From: Tubulanus polymorphus
Lineage: Eukaryota > Animalia > Nemertea
Reading direction: 5' to 3'
NCBI RefSeq assembly: GCF_964204645.1
Contig: NC_134025.1
Location: 8,308,001 to 8,372,000 of the forward strand
Length of the DNA stretch: 64,000 bases
Shown here: positions 56,401 through 64,000 of the stretch, in pieces
Numbering within the stretch: position 1 is the stretch's first letter
Layout: each line of letters opens with the position of its first letter
Notes under the pieces: generated by a model
Told to the model about the DNA's origin: nothing
Seen by the model: the letters and a program-made list of their open reading frames with translations, nothing else
Databases searched by the model: none
Made by a program: the position numbers and the translations under genes

Positions 56401-59400
56401 TATGATCTACCCGATAGAGAAGAGCCGGAACCAGAAATCGAATTAGAGACTGCTCCACCGGACGTAAGCGCCGAAGTGAAAATTGAACGAAAAACCAGTA
56501 CTTCATCAGCTGAATCCGATAAAGATACACAGGTCGAAATAACAAAACCCGACTTTGATTATCCAGAAATCGATATTGCGTTACCCGTGAAGGCCGATAA
56601 ATCATCATCGTCATCATCCAGCGACAGCGATGATGACGATAAGGATATCGATGTTAAAGCACGGATTGTCATACCGCAACCCGATATACAAGCACCTTCG
56701 GCTGAGAAAGGCCCATCATCTTCGAGTAGTAGTGAATCCGAGGACGAAGACGGCGAGAAAACGAAACGTAACTTCAAATTGCCATCCGTGTCATTACCAA
56801 AACCTCACTGGAATAGACATGATAGATATGAATTACCGACTGGTGACTTGCCCGACGATGAGGTCGAAATACAGGCTCCGGTCGTCGAGCCTCCTATTGT
56901 AAAACAAGAACGCAAATCCAGCACTAGCTCTAGCACAAGTGCTGACAGTTCCGACGGTATCAAACCTGAATTTCAATCAAACGTTCAAATTCAAAAGCCC
57001 GACGTCGACGTTGAACTTCCCGAGGTGCACGCAGAGGTCGAGTTAGACAAACCAAAAATCGAAATGCCGAAGCGTCCTACGCTCGATATCGGCTTCGACA
57101 ATAACGACATTCAACAAAAGGACAGCAGCGATGGTAGTGGCAGCGAGTCAGATGACGAGGAAGGCAAATTGAAAAGCAAAAGTAAACTTTACATGCCCCA
57201 TATCAAAATGCCAAACCTTCGCAGAGATAAAGGCTCAAAAGAGCCGAAAGATGACGATGACGACAAAAAGAAAAGAAAATCGAAATTCAAAATGCCTACG
57301 TTCAATATAAAGAAACCTCATTTCGGTGGAAAGCGAGGAAAATATGATCTACCCGATAGAGAAGTGCCGGAACCAGAAATCGAATTAGAGACTGCTCCAT
57401 CGGACGTAAACGCCGAAGTGAAAATTGAACGAAAAACCAGTACTTCATCAGCTGAATCCGATAAAGATACACAGGTCGAAATTACAAAACCCGACTTTGA
57501 TTATCCAGAAATCGATATTGCGTTACCAGTGAAGGTCGATAAATCATCATCGTCATCATCCTCATCATCCAGCGACAGCGATGATGACGATAAGGATATC
57601 GATGTTAAAGCACACATTGCCATACCGCAACCCGATATACAAGCACCTTCACTTGAAAAAGGCCCATCGTCTTCGAGTAGTAGTGAATCCGAGGACGAAG
57701 ACCGCGAGAAAACGAAACGTAACTTCAAATTGCCATCCGTTTCATTACCCAAACCTCACTGGAATAGACATGGTAAATATGAATTACCGACTGGTGACTT
57801 GCCCGACGATGAGGTCGAAATACAGGCTCCGGTCGTCGAGACTCCTATTGTAAAACAAGAACGCAAATCCAGCACTAGCTCTAGCACAAGTGCTGACAGT
57901 TCCGACGATATCAAACCTGAATTTCAATCAAACGTTCAAATTCAAAAGCCCGACGTCGACGTTGAACTTCCCGAGGTGCACGCAGAGGTCGAGTTAGACA
58001 AACCAAAAATCGAAATGCCGAAGCGGCCTACGCTCGATATCGGCTTCGAAAATGACGACGTTCAACAAAAGGACAGCAGCGATAGTAGTGGCAGCGAGTC
58101 AGATGACGAGGAAGGCAAATTGAAAAGCAAAAGTAAACTTCACATGCCCCATATCAAAATGCCAAACTTTCGCAGAGATAAAGGCTCAAAAGAGCCGAAA
58201 AATCTCGACGACGACAAAAAGAAAAGAAAATCGAAATTCAAAATGCCTACGTTCAATATGAAGAAACCTCATTTCGGTGGCAAGCGAGGAAAATATGATC
58301 TACCCGATAGAGAGGAGCCGGAACCAGAAATCGAATTAGAGATTGCTCCACCGGACGTAAACGCCGAAGTGAAAATTGAACGAAAAACCAGTACTTCATC
58401 AGCTGAATCCGATAAAGATACACAGGTCGAAATTACAAAACCCGACATTGATTATCCAGAAATCGATATTGCGTTACCAGTGAAGGTCGATAAATCATCA
58501 CCGTCATCATCCTCATCATCCAGCGACAGCGATGATGACGATAAGGATATCGATGTTAAAGCACACATTGCCATACCGCAACCCGATATACAAGCACCTT
58601 CGCCTGAGAAAGGCCCATCATCTTCGAGTAGTAGTGAATCCGAGGACGAAGACGGCGAGAAAACGAAACGTAACTTCAAATTGCCATCCGTTTCATTACT
58701 AAAACCTCACTGGAATAGACATGATAAATATGAATTACCGACTGGTGACTTGCCCGACGATGAGGTCGAAATACAGGCTCCGGTCGTCGAGCCTCCAATT
58801 GTAAAACAAGAACGCAAATCCAGCACTAGCTCTAGCACAAGTGCTGACAGTTCCGACGATATCAAACCTGAATTTCAATCAAACGTTCAAATTCAAAAGC
58901 CCGACGTCGACGTTGAACTTCCCGAGGTGCACGCAGAGGTCGAGTTAGACAAACCAAAAATCGAAATGCCGAAGCGGCCTACGCTCGATATCGGCTTCGA
59001 AAATGACGACGTTCAACAAAAGGACAGCAGCGATAGTAGTGGCAGCGATTCAGATGACGAGGAAAGCAAATTGAAGAGAAAAAGTAAACTTCACATGCCC
59101 CATATCAAAATGCCAAACTTTCGCAGAGATAATGGCTCAAAAGAGCCGAAAGATGACGACGACGACGACGACAAAAAGAAAAGAAAATCGAAATTCAAAA
59201 TGCCTGCGTTCAATATAAAGAAACCTCATTTCGGTGGAAAGCGAGGAAAATATGATCTACCCGATAGAGAAGAGCCGGAACCAGAAATCGAATTAGAGAT
59301 TGCTCCACCGGACGTAAACGCCGAAGTGAAAATTGAACGAAAAACCAGTACTTCATCAGCCGAATCCGATGAAGATGCACAGGTCGAAATTACAAAACCC

Positions 59401-62400
59401 GACATTGATTATCCAGAAATCGATATTGCGTTACCAGTGAAGGCCGATAAATCATCATCGTCATCATCCTCATCATCCAGCGACAGCGATGATGACGATA
59501 AGGATATCGATGTTAAAGCACGGATTGTCATACCGCAACCCGATATACAAGCACCTTCGCCTGAGAAAGGCCCATCATCTTCGAGTAGTAGTGAATCCGA
59601 GGACGACGACGGCGAGAAAACGAAACATAACTTCAAATTGCCATCCCTTTCATTACCAAAACCTCACTGGAATAGACATGGTAAATATGAATTACCGACT
59701 GGTGACTTGCCCGACGATGAGGTCGAAATACAGGCTCCGGTCGTCGAGACTCCTATTGTAAAACAAGAACGCAAATCCAGCACTAGCTCTAGCACAAGTG
59801 CTGACAGTTCCGACGATATCAAACCTGAATTTCAATCAAACGTTCAAATTCAAAAGCCCGACGTCGACATTAAACTTCCCGAAGTGCACGCAGAGGTCGA
59901 GTTAGACAAACCAGAAATCGAAATGCCGAAGCGGCCTACGCTCGATATCGGCTTCGAAAATGACGACGTTCAACAAAAGGACAGCAGCGATAGTAGTGGC
60001 AGCGATTCAGATGTCGAGGAAGGCAAATTGAAAAGCAAAAGTAAACTTCACATGCCCCATATCGAAATGCCAAACTTTCGCAGAGATAAAGGCTCAAAAG
60101 AGCCGAAAAATGACGACGACGTCGACGACGACAAAAAGAAAAGAAAATCGAAATTCAAAATGCCTACGTTCAATATAAAGAAACCTCATTTCGGTGGCAA
60201 GCGAGGAAACTATGATCTACCCGATAGAGAAGAGCCGGAACCAGAAATCGAATTAGAGATTGCTCCACCGGACGTAAACGCCGAAGTGAAAATTGAACGA
60301 AAAACCAGTACTTCATCAGCTGAATCCGATAAAGATGCACAGGTCGAAATTACGAAACGGGACATTGATTATCCAGCAATCGATATTGCGTTGCCGGTGA
60401 AGGCCGATAAATCATCATCGTCATCATCCTCATCATCCAGCGACAGCGATGATGACGATAAGGATATCGATGTTAAAGCACGGATTGTCATACCGCAACC
60501 CGATATACAAGCACCTTCGCCTGAGAAAGGCACATCGTCTTCGAGTAGTAATGAATCCGAAGACGAAGACGGCGAGAAAACGAAACGTAACTTTAAATTT
60601 CCATCCGTTTCATTATCCAAACCTCGCTGGGATAGAAATGGTAAATATGAATTACCGACTGGTGACTTGCCCGACGATGAGGTCGAAGTACAGGCTCCGG
60701 TCGTCGAGACTCCTATTGTAAAACAAGAACGAAAATCCAGCACTAGCTCTAGCACAAGTGCTGACAGTTCCGACGATATCAAACCTGAATTTCAATCAAA
60801 CGTTCAAATTCAAAAGCCCGACGTCGACGTTGAACTTCCCGAGGTGCACGCAGAGGTCGAGTTAGACAAACCAAAAATCGAAATGCCGAAGCGGCCTACG
60901 CTCGATATCGGCTTCGAAAATGACGACGTTCAACAAAAGGACAGCAGCGATAGTAGTGGCAGCGAGTCAGATGACGAGGAAGGCAAATTGAAAAGCAAAA
61001 GTAAACTTCACATGCCCCATATCAAAATGCCAAACTTTCGCAGAGATAAATGCTCAAAAGAGCCGAAAAATGACGACGAAGTCGACGACGACAAAAAGAA
61101 AAGAAAATCGAAATTCAAAATGCCTACGTTCAATATAAAGAAACCTCATTTCGGTGGAAAGCGAGGAAAATATGATCTACCCGATAAAGAGCCGGAACCA
61201 GAAATCGAATTAGAGATTGCTCCACCGGACGTAAACGCCGAAGTGAAAATTGAACGAAAAACCAGTACTTCATCAGCTGAATCCGATAAAGATGCACAGC
61301 TCGAAATTACAAAACGGGACATTGATTATCCAGCAATCGATATTGCGTTGCCGGTGAAGGCCGATAAATCATCATCGTCATCATCCTCATCATCCAGCGA
61401 CAGCGATGATGACGATAAGGATATCGATGTTAAAGCACACATTGCCATACCGCAACCCGATATACAAGCACCTTCGCCTGAGAAAGGCACATCGTCTTCG
61501 AGTAGTAATGAATCCGAAGACGAAGACGGCGAGAAAACGAAACGTAACTTTAAATTTCCGTCCGTTTCATTACCCAAACCTCACGGGTATAGAAATGGTA
61601 AATATGAATTACCGACTGGTGACTTGCCCGACGATGAGGTCGAAGTACAGGCTCCGATCGTCGAGCCTCCTATTGTAAAACAAGAACGCAAATCCAGCAC
61701 TAGCTCTAGCACAAGTGCTGACAGTTCCGACGATATCAAACCTGAATTTCAATCAAACGTTCAAATTCAAAAGCCCGACGTCGACATTAAACTTCCCGAA
61801 GTGCACGCAGAGGTCGAGTTAGACAAACCAGAAATCGAAATGCCGAAGCGGCCTACGCTCGATATCGGCTTCGAAAATGACGACGTGCAACAAAAGGACA
61901 GCAGCGATAGTAGTGGCAGCGAGTCAGATGACGAGGTAGGCAAATTGAAGAGAAAAAGTAAACTTCATATGCCCCATATCAAAATGCCAAACTTTCGCAG
62001 AGATAAAGGCTCAAAAGAGCCGAAAGATGACGATGACGACGACGACAAAAAGAAAAGAAAATCGAAATTCAAAATGCCTACGTTCAATATAAAGAAACCT
62101 CATTTCGGTGGAAAGCGAGGAAAATATGATCTACCCGATAGAGAAGTGCCGGAACCAGAAATCGAATTAGAGATTGCTCCACCGGACGTAAACGCCGAAG
62201 TGAAAATTGAACGAAAAACCAGTACTTCATCAGCTGAATCCGATAAAGATACACAGGTCGAAATTACAAAACCCGACATTGATTATCCAGAAATCGATAT
62301 TGCGTTACCAGTGAAGGCCGATAAATCATCATCGTCATCATCCTCATCATCCAGCGACAGCGATGATGACGATAAGGATATCGATGTTAAAGCACGGATT

Positions 62401-64000
62401 GTCATACCGCAACCCGATATACAAGCACCTTCGCCTGAGAAAGGCCCATCATCTTCGAGTAGTAGTGAATCCGAGGACGACGACGGCGAGAAAACGAAAC
62501 ATAACTTCAAATTGCCATCCCTTTCATTACCAAAACCTCACTGGAATAGACATGGTAAATATGAATTACCGACTGGTGACTTGCCCGACGATGAGGTCGA
62601 AATACAGGCTCCGGTCGTCGAGACTCCTATTGTAAAACAAGAACGCAAATCCAGCACTAGCTCTAGCACAAGTGCTGACAGTTCCGACGATATCAAACCT
62701 GAATTTCAATCAAACGTTCAAATTCAAAAGCCCGACGTCGACATTAAACTTCCCGAAGTGCACGCAGAGGTCGAGTTAGACAAACCAGAAATCGAAATGC
62801 CGAAGCGGCCTACGCTCGATATCGGCTTCGAAAATGACGACGTTCAACAAAAGGACAGCAGCGATAGTAGTGGCAGCGATTCAGATGTCGAGGAAGGCAA
62901 ATTGAAAAGCAAAAGTAAACTTCACATGCCCCATATCGAAATGCCAAACTTTCGCAGAGATAAAGGCTCAAAAGAGCCGAAAAATGACGACGACGTCGAC
63001 GACGACAAAAAGAAAAGAAAATCGAAATTCAAAATGCCTACGTTCAATATAAAGAAACCTCATTTCGGTGGCAAGCGAGGAAACTATGATCTACCCGATA
63101 GAAAAGAGCCGGAACCAGAAATCGAATTAGAGATTGCTCCACCGGACGTAAACGCCGAAGTGAAAATTGAACGAAAAACCAGTACTTCATCAGCTGAATC
63201 CGATAAAGATGCACAGGTCGAAATTACGAAACGGGACATTGATTATCCAGCAATCGATATTGCGTTGCCGGTGAAGGCCGATAAATCATCATCGTCATCA
63301 TCCTCATCATCCAGCGACAGCGATGATGACGATAAGGATATCGATGTTAAAGCACGGATTGTCATACCGCAACCCGATATACAAGCACCTTCGCCTGAGA
63401 AAGGCACATCGTCTTCGAGTAGTAATGAATCCGAAGACGAAGACGGCGAGAAAACGAAACGTAACTTTAAATTTCCATCCGTTTCATTATCCAAACCTCG
63501 CTGGGATAGAAATGGTAAATATGAATTACCGACTGGTGACTTGCCCGACGATGAGGTCGAAGTACAGGCTCCGGTCGTCGAGACTCCTATTGTAAAACAA
63601 GAACGAAAATCCAGCACTAGCTCTAGCACAAGTGCTGACAGTTCCGACGATATCAAACCTGAATTTCAATCAAACGTTCAAATTCAAAAGCCCGACGTCG
63701 ACGTTGAACTTCCCGAGGTGCACGCAGAGGTCGAGTTAGACAAACCAAAAATCGAAATGCCGAAGCGGCCTACGCTCGATATCGGCTTCGAAAATGACGA
63801 CGTTCAACAAAAGGACAGCAGCGATAGTAGTGGCAGCGAGTCAGATGACGAGGAAGGCAAATTGAAAAGCAAAAGTAAACTTCACATGCCCCATATCAAA
63901 ATGCCAAACTTTCGCAGAGATAAATGCTCAAAAGAGCCGAAAAATGACGACGAAGTCGACGACGACAAAAAGAAAAGAAAATCGAAATTCAAAATGCCTA
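664..64000 (+). CDS. TTN: Giant titin/connectin-like (sallimus/twitchin family) gene, partial, multi-exon
   Basis: ~26 Ig I-set domains (P-x-F...C-x-V-x-G-x-P-x-P-x-I-x-W...D-x-G-x-Y-x-C-x-A-x-N) separated by E/V/K/P/T-rich linkers and repeats; GT-AG introns with compatible phases. The symbol denotes titin-like; strict orthology is not tested. Confidence 0.85.
1329..1530 (+). CDS. Exon: linker + Ig start
   Basis: ttttacag|...CAA|gtgagt; QPPTFFKSL. Confidence 0.85.
1611..1828 (+). CDS. Exon: Ig domain
   Basis: ttctag|...T|gtgagt; LECRVNAYPLPKITWY...DAGEYILKAEN. Confidence 0.9.
1983..2133 (+). CDS. Exon: linker + Ig start (not in ORF track)
   Basis: tttcag|...CAG|gtaaag; MKPVFVQSLKPK; phases match neighbouring exons. 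Confidence 0.85.
2230..2447 (+). CDS. Exon: Ig domain
   Basis: ttccag|...G|gtgtgt; DVSPEDTGEYTCKA. Confidence 0.88.
2814..4064 (+). CDS. Exon: Ig - PEVK-like linker - Ig
   Basis: tttcag|...C|gtaagt; two Ig I-set motifs around a P/E/V/K-rich segment. Confidence 0.92.
4158..4326 (+). CDS. Exon: T/V-rich linker + Ig start
   Basis: gtatag|...AT|gtgagt; KSPTFDLPL. Confidence 0.82.
4440..4657 (+). CDS. Exon: Ig domain
   Basis: ttatag|...G|gtttgt; EDSGDYICKAFN. Confidence 0.88.
4744..5196 (+). CDS. Exon: linker + Ig
   Basis: CAGCAG tandem acceptor, G|gtaagc donor; EVFPEDQGEYMCQAVN. Confidence 0.9.
5320..5910 (+). CDS. Exon: linker + Ig
   Basis: ttttag|...C|gtaagt; EVFPEDTGEYMCEASN. Confidence 0.9.
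6002..15379 (+). CDS. Giant exon (9378 nt): E/V/T/K-rich ~45-aa repeats + terminal Ig
   Basis: 3168-aa ORF; ttttcag| acceptor, CTAG|gtaaag donor; Ig at ~15100-15379. Confidence 0.93.
7200..8540 (+). repeat. Near-identical coding tandem repeat, 135 nt/45 aa, ~10 copies (more diverged copies from ~6250 to ~14050)
   Basis: atcaagccagac recurs at 7321 and 7456; unit EQQEVTLQIDVGEKTKLESQVQLTAEDQPEQVTEELHFEIKPDKS. Confidence 0.95.
14128..14757 (+). repeat. Tandem duplication 315 nt/105 aa x2
   Basis: VKPIEKPGKIEVTSV... starts at 14128 and again at 14443. Confidence 0.9.
15474..15590 (+). CDS. Exon: linker
   Basis: tttcag|...AAG|gtaatg; EEVTKVTEEKVTLEYK. Confidence 0.85.
15691..15839 (+). CDS. 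Exon: Ig N-half
   Basis: ttgtag|...CAG|gtatgg; LECTIMGRPEPEITWYQ. Confidence 0.9.
15937..16102 (+). CDS. Exon: Ig C-half (not in ORF track)
   Basis: tgacag|GAT...C|gtaagt; DEAEYMVEAKNPLG. Confidence 0.88.
16223..16267 (+). CDS. Candidate microexon (alternative in-frame acceptor at 16214)
   Basis: ttttag|...T|gtgagt, phase 1-1; AKTRLIREEYVEIE. Confidence 0.6.
17463..17549 (+). CDS. Candidate small cassette exon, PEVK-like
   Basis: ttttag|...G|gttggg (weak donor), 87 nt, phase 1-1; EPDQEVEVTAVTVEEKPEE. Confidence 0.7.
19419..19957. mobile_element. Degenerate Tc1/pogo-type MITE remnant
   Basis: Right end agaggttttactg|ta; its reverse complement cagtaaaacctctctatagtgaa partly matches left cattaaaaccttgctaggtgaa. 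Confidence 0.45.
20451..20831 (+). CDS. Exon: linker + Ig
   Basis: TAGCAG acceptor, G|gtaggt donor; ETFPEDEGQYTCQAVN. Confidence 0.9.
21617..22498 (+). mobile_element. Non-autonomous (internally deleted) hAT-like DNA transposon, 882 bp
   Basis: Perfect 12-bp TIR CAGAGATGCTAG...CTAGCATCTCTG; flanking direct repeat GCAAAG at 21611-21616 and 22499-22504; subterminal TTCCGGAA repeats; GC/CpG-rich relative to the intron. Confidence 0.88.
22072..22461 (+). pseudogene. Truncated transposase N-terminus with BED/TTF-type zinc finger
   Basis: KNKFNWHWL...YCVVCKDQVKYGSGGKKDILRHPDSARHKK (C-x2-C...H-x5-H); no DDE domain present. Confidence 0.75.
22714..27192 (+). CDS. Giant exon (4479 nt): 45-aa tandem repeat array
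   Basis: tttaag|GA...ATTG|gtaagt, phase 1-1, in frame with the 1484-aa ORF. Confidence 0.88.
22860..27140 (+). repeat. Coding tandem repeat 135 nt/45 aa, ~31-32 copies
   Basis: Unit ETLVGPEDTTVSAEQTVDITVKEGETAPSETVTLVVDKADKKPKK; period 135 (22981 vs 23116); one in-frame 21-nt duplication at 25776-25817. Confidence 0.97.
27325..31449 (+). CDS. Giant exon (4125 nt): acidic degenerate ~104-140-aa repeats
   Basis: atgtag|...AAAG|gtatta, phase 1-1; motif VTSIETEPDSFTVIELKP x10. Confidence 0.8.
32685..32882 (+). CDS. Exon: PEVK-like (not in ORF track)
   Basis: ttttag|...C|gtaagt; KPKEVVEETVEVSLKPTEETP. Confidence 0.85.
33047..33358 (+). CDS. Exon: Ig
   Basis: gtttag|...G|gttagt; EVYPDDAGIYTAEAVN. 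Confidence 0.9.
33463..33780 (+). CDS. Exon: Ig
   Basis: ataaag|...G|gtatgt; APSFIVKPKFQ...FECKLIASPEPHITW. Confidence 0.88.
33863..33899 (+). CDS. Microexon EDVDQRKTLTKK (alternative acceptor 33857)
   Basis: tttcag|...GT|gtaagt; needed to convert phase 1 to the phase 2 required by the exon at 34714. Confidence 0.8.
34496..34591 (+). CDS. Candidate cassette exon with DFRxxL motif (in-frame longer form from 34328)
   Basis: tgcag|A...CA|gtaagt, 96 nt, phase 2-2; NQMDFRHMLKP. Confidence 0.6.
34714..34890 (+). CDS. Exon: Ig N-half
   Basis: ttacag|...AA|gtaatt; SPVFVQKL...CKVKGSPKP. Confidence 0.88.
34994..35409 (+). CDS. Exon: Ig C-half + Ig
   Basis: tttcag|...G|gtgtgt; EPPKFTKEL...YTCKAVN. 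Confidence 0.9.
37700..37969 (+). CDS. Exon: Ig
   Basis: ttccag|...G|gtaggt; APKITGP...ECTYTGHPAPTVSW. Confidence 0.85.
39120..39228 (+). CDS. Candidate alternative first coding exon
   Basis: ATG-initiated open frame of 36 codons + 1 nt ending at consensus TG|gtaagt, phase-compatible with exon 40401. Confidence 0.35.
40401..40787 (+). CDS. Exon: (KKDEP)x3 + Ig
   Basis: ttacag|...G|gtatgt; GKAPEFVLK...DAGKYSAVAKN. Confidence 0.9.
41021..41049 (+). promoter_or_regulatory. Cluster of four (T)GCATG Rbfox-type splicing elements
   Basis: gcatgttgattgcatgagcatgtcgcatg immediately upstream of the acceptor at 41065. Confidence 0.55.
41066..41365 (+). CDS. Exon: single Ig (likely cassette)
   Basis: ttctag|...G|gtaata, 300 nt, phase 1-1; DEALYTCEATN. 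Confidence 0.85.
41858..42157 (+). CDS. Exon: Ig
   Basis: tcgcag|...C|gtaagt; FLCRVTGSPRPTVTW. Confidence 0.9.
42360..42451 (+). CDS. Exon: linker + Ig start
   Basis: tctcag|...ACG|gtatat; QPPKFTETL. Confidence 0.82.
42535..42611 (+). CDS. Exon: Ig middle
   Basis: ttacag|...AA|gtaaat; LKAKVTGVPRPDVEW. Confidence 0.85.
43107..43273 (+). CDS. Exon: Ig C-half
   Basis: ttttag|...G|gtaaat; DTAEYVCKATN. Confidence 0.88.
43379..43417 (+). CDS. PEVK microexon (39 nt)
   Basis: ttaaag|...G|gtatga; KPKEVQPPEVEE. Confidence 0.75.
43774..44082 (+). CDS. Exon: Ig
   Basis: atgcag|...G|gtaggc; DAGTYKCIAKN. Confidence 0.9.
44175..44289 (+). CDS. Exon: Ig N-half
   Basis: tttcag|...TG|gtaagt; RPDFIKKP...FEVEVSGFPHPTVTW. 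Confidence 0.88.
44407..44579 (+). CDS. Exon: Ig C-half
   Basis: tactag|G...C|gtaagt; TGVYNCRLTNEAG. Confidence 0.85.
44692..45033 (+). CDS. Exon: Ig + start of next Ig
   Basis: ttttag|...CAG|gtaaga; KPPKFVKK...RAPIFIDKP. Confidence 0.9.
46305..46593 (+). CDS. Exon: titin I80-like Ig + start of unique insertion (reading frame not in ORF track)
   Basis: ttgtag|...AT|gtaagt; RVDGEPKPKVEWTKGKWTKL...YVCTISNEHG...TDWKASLQH. Confidence 0.9.
46681..46852 (+). CDS. Exon: unique insertion (UN2A-like)
   Basis: tcttag|...CAC|gtgagt; EEEDVDFGVSLRRVSE. Confidence 0.85.
46927..47124 (+). CDS. Exon: charged unique insertion
   Basis: gtttag|...AAG|gtaata, phase 0-0. Confidence 0.85.
47283..47303 (+). CDS. 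Candidate 21-nt microexon QSLSTEE
   Basis: ttgtag|...GAG|gtatta, phase 0-0. Confidence 0.5.
47836..48097 (+). CDS. Exon: Ig (I81/I82-like, MyBP-C/distal-titin type)
   Basis: ttttag|TGG...C|gtaagt; KYQVKMDGKKHTLSVNMC. Confidence 0.88.
48900..49166 (+). CDS. Exon: Ig (I83-like)
   Basis: gcacag|...G|gtagga; KFIRPLSDVTVEESETATFECEFSLDDVPATWY. Confidence 0.9.
49970..53473 (+). CDS. Giant exon (3504 nt): non-repetitive, disordered S/D-rich sequence
   Basis: 1178-aa ORF bounded by gtgcag| and AAG|gtatgt, phase 1-1. Confidence 0.7.
50428..50469 (+). repeat. (GAT)14 coding microsatellite, poly-Asp
   Basis: Read directly from sequence. Confidence 0.95.
53888..53914 (+). CDS. 27-nt microexon GKKVKEEPA
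   Basis: ttacag|...CAG|gtaaga, phase 1-1. Confidence 0.8.
54110..54229. mobile_element. Small degenerate MITE-like foldback
   Basis: gtctagttgcatagtc vs gactgcgcaactaggc (13/16 inverted match). Confidence 0.4.
54278..64000 (+). CDS. Giant exon (>=9.7 kb, runs off window): ~318-aa AHNAK-like/Ser-acidic repeats
   Basis: aactag| acceptor, phase 1; frame open through the first unit by manual translation; no stop-terminated ORF listed in this frame; all unit spacings are multiples of 3. Confidence 0.85.
54625..64000 (+). repeat. Coding tandem repeat 942-960 nt, ~10 copies in window
   Basis: Equivalent positions at 54648, 55599, 56559, 57501, 58452, 59409, 60369, 61326, 62283 and 63243. Confidence 0.97.

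Noticed and set aside
54648-63656. Recurrent 72-137-aa ORFs on both strands (MMTIRISMLK..., MKLRFVFSP...)
   Set aside because: Off-frame and antisense shadows of the long frame +1 repeat exon.

Overview
The whole 64 kb is AT-rich animal (invertebrate-like) genomic DNA lying inside one giant + strand, multi-exon gene for a titin/connectin-like (sallimus/kettin/twitchin family) muscle protein; neither the gene start nor its end is in the window. I reconstructed about 50 GT-AG exons by eye with compatible splice phases. They encode about 26 Ig I-set domains, PEVK-like linkers and five giant exons: 9.4 kb and 4.5 kb (both 45-aa repeats), 4.1 kb (~104-aa repeats), 3.5 kb (unique sequence) and >=9.7 kb (~318-aa AHNAK-like repeats, missed by the ORF track). 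Highlights are an apparent homologue of the vertebrate titin N2A element, a candidate cassette exon carrying a DFRxxL actin-binding motif amid Rbfox/QKI motifs, a candidate internal first exon, and an intronic non-autonomous hAT element with a 6-bp TSD. Exon boundaries are inferred from sequence only. Homologies rest on remembered family motifs, not on searches.
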